Positions 16,052 to 24,449 of a DNA stretch of 32,482 nt are shown here, piece after piece (position 1 is the stretch's first letter; each line of letters opens with the position of its first letter). The DNA comes from Candidatus Krumholzibacteriia bacterium (GTDB lineage Bacteria; Krumholzibacteriota; Krumholzibacteriia; WVZY01): the NCBI GenBank assembly GCA_036478295.1, contig JAZGDW010000200.1:1-32482 (forward strand), written 5' to 3'. The position numbers and the translations under genes are program-made. The notes under the pieces are model-generated. The model saw nothing but the letters and a program-made list of their open reading frames with translations, was not told the origin of the DNA and searched no databases.

Positions 16052-17704
16052 ATGAAGAGAATCACAAAGCCCGATCGGAGGCGGATGCCCAGGGGTACCG
16101 ACCTTCTCCACGATCCATCGCTCAACAAGGGTACTGCGTTCACCGAGGACGAACGCAACGCCTTCGGCCTCCAGGGGCTGCTGCCGTCGCGTGTCTGTGA
16201 CCAGAGCGAGCAGGTCACCCGCGTTCTGGAGAACTACCGCAAGAAGAGAACGGACCTGGACAAATATATTAACCTGATCGCGCTTCAGGGACGGAACGAA
16301 ACGCTTTTCTACAGGGTCGTCATCGATAACATCGAAGAAATGATGCCAATCATCTACACGCCGATCGTGGGCAGGGCATGCCAGGAGTACGGTCATATTT
16401 TCAGAAGGTCCCGCGGCCTGTTCCTGTCACGAAAACACCGGGGAGAGATCGCCGATGTGCTCCGCAACTGGCCTAAACAGGGCATTCGAATCATCGTCGT
16501 CACCGACGGCGAGCGTATCCTCGGACTGGGCGATCTCGGTGCGAACGGCATGGGAATCCCGGTGGGAAAACTCTCGCTCTACACAGCGTGTGCGGGAATC
16601 AACCCCAACCAGGCGCTGCCGATTACCCTGGACATCGGAACGGATAACGATGCGCTCCGGGATGACCCCCTGTACATCGGTGATCACGCGAAGCGCATTC
16701 GTGGAGAGGAATATGACGATTTTGTCGACGAGTTCGTACAAGCGGTCCAGGAAGTTTTTCCTGATGCGTTGATCCAGTTCGAGGACTTCGCGACTCGAAA
16801 CGCGATTCAGCTTCTCAAGACCTATCGCGACCGGGCTCGATGTTTCAACGATGACATCCAGGGGACGGCCGCCGTGACGCTCGCCGGACTCTACTCCACG
16901 TCGAGACTGACCGGTATGGAACTCGGTGCCCAGCAGATCTTGTTCTTTGGAGCGGGATCGGCCGCGACCGGCATCGCCGATCTGTTGGTTGGGGCGATGG
17001 TCGGAGAGGGGTTGCCGGAGAGCGAGGCCAGAAACCGTTGCTGGTTTGTGGACTCCAAGGGGCTGGTGGTCACGAGCCGTATCGATCTGGCCGAGCATAA
17101 ACTACCCTATGCTCACGAGCACGAGCCGCACACCGATCTGCTCTCTGTAGTCCGCTCGCTGAAACCCACCGCGCTCATTGGTGTGTCGGGCCAGGGTGGG
17201 GCGTTTACGCGTCCGGTCCTGCGCGAGATGGCCGTCCACAACCCGCAACCAATTATCTTTGCGCTCTCGAACCCGACGGCCAATGCGGAGGCGACGGCGG
17301 AAGAAGTCTATCGCGAAACGGAAGGCCGGGCCATCTTCGCCAGCGGTAGCCCCTTTGATCCGGTGACGCTTGGTGGCAAGACGCTCGTGCCCGGGCAGGG
17401 GAACAACGCGTACATCTTTCCCGGCGTCGGTCTCGGAGTGGTGGCAAGCGGTGCGAAACGGGTAACAGATGAGATGTTCTTTGCGGCGGCGCGGTCGCTC
17501 GCTGCGGACGTGTCGCAGGATAGCCTATCCCAGGGCTGCCTGTACCCGCCGCTGTCAAAGATCCGCGAGGTGTCGCTCCACATCGCCGTCGTGGTTGCGC
17601 AAGTGGCGTACGACAGCGGACTGGCTACCCGGCCGAAGCCGCAGGATCTGCTCGAGGACATTCGATCGGGGATGTACGAGCCCGAATACCGGAGCTACGT
17701 GTGA
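16052..17704 (+). CDS. maeA: NAD(P)-dependent malic enzyme, large MaeA/SfcA type
   Basis: NKGTAFT, PIIYTP, VTDGERILGLGDLG, IQFEDF, FNDDIQGTA, GAGSAA, FALSNPT, GQGNNAYIFPG. Confidence 0.92.
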   Translation: MKRITKPDRRRMPRGTDLLHDPSLNKGTAFTEDERNAFGLQGLLPSRVCDQSEQVTRVLENYRKKRTDLDKYINLIALQGRNETLFYRVVIDNIEEMMPIIYTPIVGRACQEYGHIFRRSRGLFLSRKHRGEIADVLRNWPKQGIRIIVVTDGERILGLGDLGANGMGIPVGKLSLYTACAGINPNQALPITLDIGTDNDALRDDPLYIGDHAKRIRGEEYDDFVDEFVQAVQEVFPDALIQFEDFATRNAIQLLKTYRDRARCFNDDIQGTAAVTLAGLYSTSRLTGMELGAQQILFFGAGSAATGIADLLVGAMVGEGLPESEARNRCWFVDSKGLVVTSRIDLAEHKLPYAHEHEPHTDLLSVVRSLKPTALIGVSGQGGAFTRPVLREMAVHNPQPIIFALSNPTANAEATAEEVYRETEGRAIFASGSPFDPVTLGGKTLVPGQGNNAYIFPGVGLGVVASGAKRVTDEMFFAAARSLAADVSQDSLSQGCLYPPLSKIREVSLHIAVVVAQVAYDSGLATRPKPQDLLEDIRSGMYEPEYRSYV

Positions 17705-17889
17705 TCGTTCGTTCCGCGGGTACTGACATAATTACAATAATACAAACAGAATACACGTAGACACCGCGCCCGGCGCCCGCTCGTAATCCCCACCTCTGGA
17801 ACGGCATAATTTCCTACCCTTCAGAGGGATATTGGCCTACCCTCCATTTCTGGTTGCCGGCGTGTCGCGTTTGTGGAGGATTCCGTTTC

Positions 17890-19230
17890 ATGCAGATACT
17901 AATCGTTGGGGCGGGGGACATTGGTTTTGAGCTGAGCAAACGCCTCTCCCACGAAAAGCACGATATCACCATTATCGAGTCCGATCCCCAAAAGGTAAAA
18001 CGGGCCAGCCAGCAGCTCGATGCCCTGCTCATCGAGGGGCGGGGGACCAGCTATATCACGCTGCAAAAGGCGAATCTCTCTGAGATCGATATTGTGGCAG
18101 CGATGACGAACAACGAGGAAGTGAACCTCATTACCTGCCAGCTGGCGAAGAAAGCGGGTGTCGCGACCACGATAGCGCGCGTGCGAAATCCAGAACTGAC
18201 CATGCCCGACTTCATCATGACGCCGCAGGAACTCGGCGTCGACGTCATGATTCATCCGGAAAGAGAGACCGCCGACGCCATCGTGCGTTTGATCCGGCAG
18301 TCCGGGGCCACGGATATAATCGAATTCGAGGACGGCCGTGTCCAGCTCATGGGTGTGCGCCTCGAGCAGGATTCGAAGCTGTTGGGAACGCCGCTGATCA
18401 AGCTCGGCAAGCAATTCGGAAATCCACCAATGCGTATCGTCGCCATCGTCCGCAAGCAGGAAACCCTGATCCCGGGTGGCCAAGATGTGCTCGAGCCGGG
18501 CGATCAGATTTTTGTGATTTCCGACCCGGGATACGTAGCGGATTTCATCGCGCTTGCCGGCAAGAAAGATACGAAAATCGAAGATATCATGATTCTGGGG
18601 GGGGGACTCATCGGCCAGTTCGTCGCTTCCTCGGTCGGCAAGGAAATAAACGTAAAGATTATCGAGAGTAGCGCCGAGAAATCGGAAGAGATCGCCGAGG
18701 TGCTGCCACATACCCTGATCATCCACGGGGACGGCACCGACTATGATCTTCTCGCCGCCGAGGGCGTCGTCGATATGGACGCGTTCGTCGCCGTCACGGG
18801 GGACGACGAAACGAACATCATCGCGACGCTGCTTGTTCGCCACATGCGTATCCCGAGGACCATTGCGCTGGTCAACAAGGTGGACTATATGCCCATCACG
18901 ACCACGATCGGCATGGATGCGGTGGTGAGCAAGCAGTTGTTAACGGTGAACGCCGTACAGCGCTACATCCAGCATCAGCAGGTGGCGGCCATCGCCAGCC
19001 TGCCCGGCATAGACGCGCACTGCATCGAGTACATTGCGAAGGCCAAGTCGATCATCGTGCGCAAGCCGCTCAAGGACATTGATTTTCCCAGTAACGCCAT
19101 CGTGGGCGCGGTTCTGCATCAGGATGAGGTTCTCATCCCCAAGGGGGACACTCACATCGTGGCAGGGGACAGAGTCGTGATATTTTCTCTCCCCCAGGCC
19201 CTGGACAACGTCGAGAAACTTTTCAAGTAG
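17890..19230 (+). CDS. trkA: Trk potassium uptake NAD-binding subunit
   Basis: Two RCK N/C units with GAGDIG and GGGLIG; TIARVRNPE; GGAGG RBS; adjacent to trkH. Confidence 0.93.
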   Translation: MQILIVGAGDIGFELSKRLSHEKHDITIIESDPQKVKRASQQLDALLIEGRGTSYITLQKANLSEIDIVAAMTNNEEVNLITCQLAKKAGVATTIARVRNPELTMPDFIMTPQELGVDVMIHPERETADAIVRLIRQSGATDIIEFEDGRVQLMGVRLEQDSKLLGTPLIKLGKQFGNPPMRIVAIVRKQETLIPGGQDVLEPGDQIFVISDPGYVADFIALAGKKDTKIEDIMILGGGLIGQFVASSVGKEINVKIIESSAEKSEEIAEVLPHTLIIHGDGTDYDLLAAEGVVDMDAFVAVTGDDETNIIATLLVRHMRIPRTIALVNKVDYMPITTTIGMDAVVSKQLLTVNAVQRYIQHQQVAAIASLPGIDAHCIEYIAKAKSIIVRKPLKDIDFPSNAIVGAVLHQDEVLIPKGDTHIVAGDRVVIFSLPQALDNVEKLFK

Positions 19231-19239
19231 CGTGTAGTA

Positions 19240-20679
19240 ATGCGTATCGCCAGCGTGATCCACATATTGGGTTTCCTGCTGATGTTCCTCGCGGCGGCGA
19301 TGCTGCTTCCCATCGGCTTTTCCCTCTATTACGGAGACAGCGATTACGTCGCGCTGCTCATAAGTGCCGGTATCACACTCGCCGCCGGGATCGTGGCCTT
19401 CACGACCACACGAATGAGCGATGACCTGAGGACCAAAGAGGGATTCGCCGTCGTCACCTTCAGCTGGATTTTCATGTCGATTTTTGGCTGCCTGCCGTTC
19501 CTGTTTTCCGGCACCATTCCCTCGATTACCAACGCCTTCTTCGAAACCATGTCGGGATTCACGACGACGGGAGCGACCGTTATCAACAATATCGAGGAGG
19601 TGTCACACGGGATCCTCTTCTGGCGCAGCCTGACCCACTGGATCGGTGGCATGGGTATCATCGTCCTGTCACTCGCCATTCTCCCGTTTCTCGGTGTCGG
19701 GGGCATGCAGCTCTTCAAGGCGGAGGTGCCGGGGCCGGTCGCGGACAAGCTGACGCCGCGCATCGCCGAGACGGCAAAGATCCTGTGGGGCGTATACGTA
19801 TTGCTGTCCGCGGCCGAGACGGTACTCCTGTTGTTCGGCGGCATGAATTTGTTCGACGCGCTCTGCCACACGTTCGGCACCATGGCCACCGGCGGCTATT
19901 CGACCAGAAACGCCAGCGTCGGCGCGTACGGCAGCGCGTACATCAACTATGTAATCATATTCTTTATGATACTCGCCGGCACCAACTTTTCATTGCACTA
20001 CCGGTTTCTCCGCCGGGACTTTCGCGCGTACGTGAACAGCCAGGAATTCTTGTTCTATTTGTCTGTCATCGGTGTGGCAACGTTGATTGTTGGTGCCGGT
20101 GTCTTCGGCCATTACGACAGCGTGTGGCGAACCCTGCAGCATTCGCTTTTTCAGGTAACGTCGATTGTCACGACGACCGGGTTCGGCACGGCGGATTACG
20201 AGCAGTGGGGCTTCAGTTCGCAGTTCGTCCTGTACATGCTGATGTTCTTCGGGGGCTGCGCGGGCTCCACGGGTGGCGGCATAAAGATGGCACGGATTTA
20301 CCTGCTGGTCCGGTTCGTCTTCAGCGAAATCACCCGGCTGATTCACCCCCACGCTGTGGTACCGGTGCGCATAGGCAACAACGTCGTACCGCGGGACGTC
20401 ATGACGAACATCCTCGGCTTCTTTGTACTGTTCATGCTCGTGTTTGTCGCGGGGGTACTGGTAATGGCCGTCATTGGGCTGGATATGCCAACGGCATTCG
20501 GGGCGGTGGCGGCGACGCTGGCCAACATAGGTCCCGGCCTCGGTGATGTGGGTCCGACGGACAACTACACGCAAATACCGGTCGCTGGCAAATGGGTGCT
20601 GTCACTGCTCATGCTGATGGGACGGCTGGAGTTGTTCACCGTTATCATCCTGCTCTCTCCCTTTTACTGGCAGAAGTAA
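19240..20679 (+). CDS. trkH: Trk potassium uptake membrane subunit
   Basis: Pore loops FETMSGFTTTG, ATGGYS, TTTGFG, ANIGPGLG; GGCAGSTGGGIK; MLMGRLE. Confidence 0.95.
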   Translation: MRIASVIHILGFLLMFLAAAMLLPIGFSLYYGDSDYVALLISAGITLAAGIVAFTTTRMSDDLRTKEGFAVVTFSWIFMSIFGCLPFLFSGTIPSITNAFFETMSGFTTTGATVINNIEEVSHGILFWRSLTHWIGGMGIIVLSLAILPFLGVGGMQLFKAEVPGPVADKLTPRIAETAKILWGVYVLLSAAETVLLLFGGMNLFDALCHTFGTMATGGYSTRNASVGAYGSAYINYVIIFFMILAGTNFSLHYRFLRRDFRAYVNSQEFLFYLSVIGVATLIVGAGVFGHYDSVWRTLQHSLFQVTSIVTTTGFGTADYEQWGFSSQFVLYMLMFFGGCAGSTGGGIKMARIYLLVRFVFSEITRLIHPHAVVPVRIGNNVVPRDVMTNILGFFVLFMLVFVAGVLVMAVIGLDMPTAFGAVAATLANIGPGLGDVGPTDNYTQIPVAGKWVLSLLMLMGRLELFTVIILLSPFYWQK

Positions 20680-20693
20680 CGAGGGGCCGCGGG

Positions 20694-20954
20694 GGCGGTG
20701 CGTTGTTGGATTGCCTCCTGCCCCGCGCTCCGCTTTGCCGGCGGTACGTTGTTGGATTGCCTCCGTCGCCGTGCTCCACTTCGCTCGGCTACCCGCCTGC
20801 GGCGGGTGATCCTCGCTCGTTCCCGCAACGGCTCCGTCACCAACCCAACAACGTACCGCCGGCTGGTCCCGCGACGGGTTCGTCAAAATTCCGAAAGCGC
20901 ACTGCCGACTGGTCCCGCGACGGGGCCGTCAACAATCCGACAGCGCACCGCCGA
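20694..20954. repeat. REP/MITE-like cluster with nested inverted repeats and three 46-bp tandem units
   Basis: Perfect 19-bp IR 20737-20755/20845-20863; outer 20-bp IR 20694-20713/20933-20952 (2 mismatches); tandem units at 20817, 20863 and 20909. Confidence 0.88.
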
Positions 20955-20963
20955 CAAGGGCGG

Positions 20964-21221
20964 TCATCGCCGGGCGGGAGCCGCTATCAGCGCCTGCTTC
21001 TCCGGCCGGCGCATTCCCTTGATGGTTGCCTCACGTTTCAAGGCACCCGAGCGGCTGGCATGCATCTCCTGGTAAACGAGGCGGATGGGGCCGCGCCCGC
21101 GCGTGTACTTCGAAGCAGTTCCACGCCGGTGCGCGGCAAGACGTTGATCAATGCTCCTGGTAATTCCTGTATAGAGGGTCTTGTCAGCGCACTCGAGAAT
21201 ATATACAATCCACGTGTCCAT
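20964..21221 (-). CDS. Small stand-alone GIY-YIG nuclease (UPF0213/YazA/YhbQ-like)
   Basis: VYILECADKTLYTGIT, RLAAH, SKYTRGRGP, ALKREATIK; 85 aa. Confidence 0.9.
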   Translation of the reverse strand: MDTWIVYILECADKTLYTGITRSIDQRLAAHRRGTASKYTRGRGPIRLVYQEMHASRSGALKREATIKGMRRPEKQALIAAPARR

Positions 21222-21259
21222 TGTTCTATTGCGGCCAATCCAGCAAAGTGAGGAAAGCC

Positions 21260-21742
21260 ATGCCGTCATTCGACGTCGTGTCCGAGGTGGACATGCACGA
21301 AGTCACCAACGCTGTGGACCAGGCCAACCGCGAGGTCGGCACACGCTTCGACTTCAAGGGGAGCAACGCACGGTTCGCACGCGAGGATGCCGTGGTAACC
21401 ATGCATGCACCCAGCGATTTCCAACTCAAGCAGATGCTCGATATCTTGCGGGGCAAGCTGGCCAAGCGCCAGGTCAATCTCGCCTGTCTCAAGGTGGACG
21501 AGCCGGAGGTTTTCGGCAAGGAGGCACGCCAGGTCGTGACGCTGCGGCAAGGAATCGAGGCCGCGCTGGCCAGGAAAATCGTCAAGGTCATCAAGGACAA
21601 GAAAATGAAAATTCAGGCGTCTATTCAAGGAGAAAAAGTCCGAGTGGCCGGCAAGAAAAAAGACCAGCTGCAAGAGGCGATAGCCCTGCTCAAGGACAGC
21701 GATTGGGACATGCCGCTCCAGTTTACGAATTTCCGGGAGTGA
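21260..21742 (+). CDS. yajQ: YajQ family nucleotide/c-di-GMP-binding protein
   Basis: MPSFDVVSEVD, RFDFKG, QASIQGEKVRVAGKKKDQLQ, PLQFTNFR. Confidence 0.95.
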   Translation: MPSFDVVSEVDMHEVTNAVDQANREVGTRFDFKGSNARFAREDAVVTMHAPSDFQLKQMLDILRGKLAKRQVNLACLKVDEPEVFGKEARQVVTLRQGIEAALARKIVKVIKDKKMKIQASIQGEKVRVAGKKKDQLQEAIALLKDSDWDMPLQFTNFRE

Positions 21743-21867
21743 TCGGAGCCAGGATACTCAGCAGGTGCGTGTGGACGGGCAAGAACGCCGCCGCAGGGGG
21801 CTTTACAACGCGTTGTCGAGAGATTAGTTTATTACTTGTAATGGGACTCGTTTGTCGGGAGGCATAA

Positions 21868-22539
21868 ATGGCGAAGCCCCGATTCGTGGCTTTGAAAGAT
21901 TACCGCGAGTACCCGGCGGACGAAATGAAAGCGCGGGCAAGGGCTTTTGCCGCCGATATGAAGCGGCGGCGAAGCGTGCGTCACTTTTCCAAACGAACCG
22001 TGCCGCGCCAGGTCATCGAGAACTGCCTGCGCGCCGCCGGCAGCGCCCCCAGCGGGGCCAACAAACAGCCCTGGTACTTCGTGGTGGTGACGGACGCCGA
22101 CCTCAAGAAACAGATCCGCAAGGCCGCCGAAGCGGAAGAACACGAGTTTTATTCTCGGCGCGCCCCGGCGGAGTGGCTCGAAGTCCTAAGCCCGCTCGGG
22201 ACCGATGAACACAAACCGTTTCTGGAAGAGGCGCCCTACCTCATCGTGATCTTTGAGCAGCGCTACGGCCGGGGAGCGGACGGCAGCAAAATCAAACACT
22301 ATTACGCGCAGGAATCGGTGGGACTCGCGACGGGCATCCTGATCACGGCGCTTCACCACGCGGGGCTCGTGTCTTTGACCCACACGCCAAGCCCGATGGG
22401 TTTTCTCAACGAGATTCTGGAGAGACCTGCCAACGAGCGGCCCTTCCTGCTCCTGGTGACGGGCTACCCGAGCGACGACGCGACGGTCCCCGACATCACG
22501 CGCAAAACCCTCAAGGACATCGTGACCTTTCGCAAATGA
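21868..22539 (+). CDS. Nitroreductase-fold flavoprotein, iodotyrosine deiodinase (IYD)-like
   Basis: [58 protein letters not shown]. Confidence 0.85.
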   Translation: MAKPRFVALKDYREYPADEMKARARAFAADMKRRRSVRHFSKRTVPRQVIENCLRAAGSAPSGANKQPWYFVVVTDADLKKQIRKAAEAEEHEFYSRRAPAEWLEVLSPLGTDEHKPFLEEAPYLIVIFEQRYGRGADGSKIKHYYAQESVGLATGILITALHHAGLVSLTHTPSPMGFLNEILERPANERPFLLLVTGYPSDDATVPDITRKTLKDIVTFRK

Positions 22540-23762
22540 ACCGCCTGATTTGCAGACTAGCGATTCTTCTAACCGTCCTGACCTTGGGATTCGGCCCGGT
22601 CCGTGCCGGGGGTATCGAGATGGGCCACTGGCGGGCGGTGCTGTCGGTGCCCGGGGGCGATCTGACCTTCGGCATCGAACTGCTCGACGAGAACGGCCGG
22701 CCGGCGGCGTATTACCTGAACGGCGCCGAACGGGTACGAGTGGATGAGGTAACCATCCGTGGTGACTCCTTGACGCTGGGCATTCCGTCTTTCGATTCGA
22801 AGATCCGGGCGGTCTTGAAAGACGGCCGGCTGGTTGGCACACTGCGTCTCGTCAAGCGCGGCGGTGTACACCAGGTCATACCATTTAGCGCCGAACGCGG
22901 TGGGCGCATATCCCCCGAACACGGAGCGGCGGCCGCCGATTTCGGTGGTCGCTGGAGCGTAACGTTTGTCAACGACAACGATGCCGCCTCGAAGGCGGTC
23001 GCCGAGTTCCGACAAGAGGGGGCGAGACTCTTCGGCACGTTCCGCACGCTCACCGGAGATTACCGCTATCTGGAAGGTCGTGTACACGGCGACAAAATGT
23101 ACTTGTCCTGCTTCGACGGTGGCCACGCCTTTTTGTTCAAGGCGGCGCTCCGGAGCGATGGTGACCTCGAAGGGGAGTTCTGGTCCGGCACCAAGTGGCA
23201 CGAGCGCTGGGTGGCCATGCGGGACGAGGAGGCCGCCCTGCCCGATCCGTTGAAGCTCACATACCTGAAGCCCGGCTACGATGCCTTCACGTTTCAATTT
23301 CCCGACCTCGGCGGCCGACCGGTGTCGCTCTCCGACGAGCGCTTTCGCGGCAAGGTGGTGATTGTGACGCTCGCGGGTAGCTGGTGTCCGAATTGTCACG
23401 ACGAAGCAGCCTTTCTCGCTCCGTTCTACACCGGGAACAAGGACCGCGGTCTCGAAGTGATCGCACTGATGTTCGAGCACTTCAAGGATTTCGAAACCGC
23501 AGTGACGCAGGTCAACCATTTCCGCGAGCGGCACGGTATCGAATATATGACCCTGATCGCCGGATACTCGAACAAATCGGACGCGGCAGAAACGCTGCCG
23601 ATGCTCAACCACGTGCTGGCTTACCCGACGACGATCTTCATCGACCGCCGGGGTGAAGTGCGAAGAATCCGAACCGGATTCGACGGCCCCGCCACTGGCG
23701 AGCGCTTCACCAACTACACCGAAGAAATGGTGCGGTTTGTCGGTCACCTCCTTGACGAATAG
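22536..23762 (+). CDS. Exported TlpA/ResA-like thioredoxin with N-terminal beta-rich domains
   Basis: Signal peptide ending [33 protein letters not shown] overlap with the upstream stop. Confidence 0.85.
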   Translation: MNRLICRLAILLTVLTLGFGPVRAGGIEMGHWRAVLSVPGGDLTFGIELLDENGRPAAYYLNGAERVRVDEVTIRGDSLTLGIPSFDSKIRAVLKDGRLVGTLRLVKRGGVHQVIPFSAERGGRISPEHGAAAADFGGRWSVTFVNDNDAASKAVAEFRQEGARLFGTFRTLTGDYRYLEGRVHGDKMYLSCFDGGHAFLFKAALRSDGDLEGEFWSGTKWHERWVAMRDEEAALPDPLKLTYLKPGYDAFTFQFPDLGGRPVSLSDERFRGKVVIVTLAGSWCPNCHDEAAFLAPFYTGNKDRGLEVIALMFEHFKDFETAVTQVNHFRERHGIEYMTLIAGYSNKSDAAETLPMLNHVLAYPTTIFIDRRGEVRRIRTGFDGPATGERFTNYTEEMVRFVGHLLDE

Positions 23763-23813
23763 GCTGGGCCGGCACTTCCTTTCCGAGCTTCGCATCTCTC
23801 AGCTGGGCAAGAG

Positions 23814-24000
23814 CCGATGCGGGTCCTGTCAGGGAACAGCCCGTCCGTGCTCGCAGGCTGCGCGCGACCGGGCGCCCGTTCGCTGCCACCCGCATCGGGT
23901 CCGTTAACAATCCGCCAGTGCACCGCACGACCCGCATCGGGTCCGTCAACAATCCAACAACGGACCGCCGAATCGCCCGTTCGCTGCCACCCGCATCGGG
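23814..24000. repeat. Second cluster of the same repeat family
   Basis: 27-bp exact direct repeat 23873-23899/23974-24000; units CCCGCATCGGGTCCGT(T/C)AACAATCC resemble those at 20817-20954; inverted CCGATGCGGGT at 23814-23824. Confidence 0.85.
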
Positions 24001-24014
24001 CCCTTCTGCGGTTG

Positions 24015-24023
24015 TGCTATAAT
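24015..24023 (+). promoter_or_regulatory. Extended -10 promoter for the second msrB
   Basis: TG-C-TATAAT, perfect consensus, 18 bp before the ATG. Confidence 0.7.
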
Positions 24024-24041
24024 AAACGGGAAAGGTTTGCC

Positions 24042-24449
24042 ATGACCGACAACCCCAAGAAGACCGACGCCGAGTGGCGTGAGCAGTTGACGCCGGAGCA
24101 ATACCGGGTGACCCGTGAAAAGGGGACCGAGCCGGCGTTTACGGGTGAATACAACGATTTCAAGGAACAGGGGACGTTTATCTGCTTATGTTGTGGAAAG
24201 GAACTGTTCGACTCCGACGCGAAGTACGATTCCGGCTCCGGCTGGCCGAGCTTCTCAACTCCGGTGGATGAGCGGAACATCGACAAGACGGCCGACACCA
24301 GCCTGGGCATGGTGCGGACGGAAGTCACCTGCCGCGAGTGCAGTGCCCACCTGGGCCACGTGTTCGACGACGGTGCACAGCCGGCCGAGCTTCGCTACTG
24401 CATCAATTCGGCGGCTCTTCGTTTCAAACCCAAAAAGAACCCACGATGA
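24042..24449 (+). CDS. msrB: Peptide-methionine (R)-S-oxide reductase, cytoplasmic
   Basis: KGTEPAFTG, CLCC, KYDSGSGWPSF, CREC, HLGHVFDDG, RYCINS; no signal peptide. Confidence 0.93.
   Translation: MTDNPKKTDAEWREQLTPEQYRVTREKGTEPAFTGEYNDFKEQGTFICLCCGKELFDSDAKYDSGSGWPSFSTPVDERNIDKTADTSLGMVRTEVTCRECSAHLGHVFDDGAQPAELRYCINSAALRFKPKKNPR

Noticed and set aside
17705..17889. c-di-AMP (ydaO) riboswitch before trkA
   Set aside because: None of the conserved ydaO motifs were recognisable
20817..20954. CRISPR array
   Set aside because: The 46-bp units are contiguous and degenerate, with no unique spacers and no cas genes
20592..21251. Plus-strand ORFs across the repeat cluster
   Set aside because: Translations of repeat DNA and of the antisense strand of the GIY-YIG gene
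23817..24041. N-terminal extension of the second MsrB
   Set aside because: Reads through repeat DNA; the promoter at 24015 and typical MsrB length support the ATG at 24042
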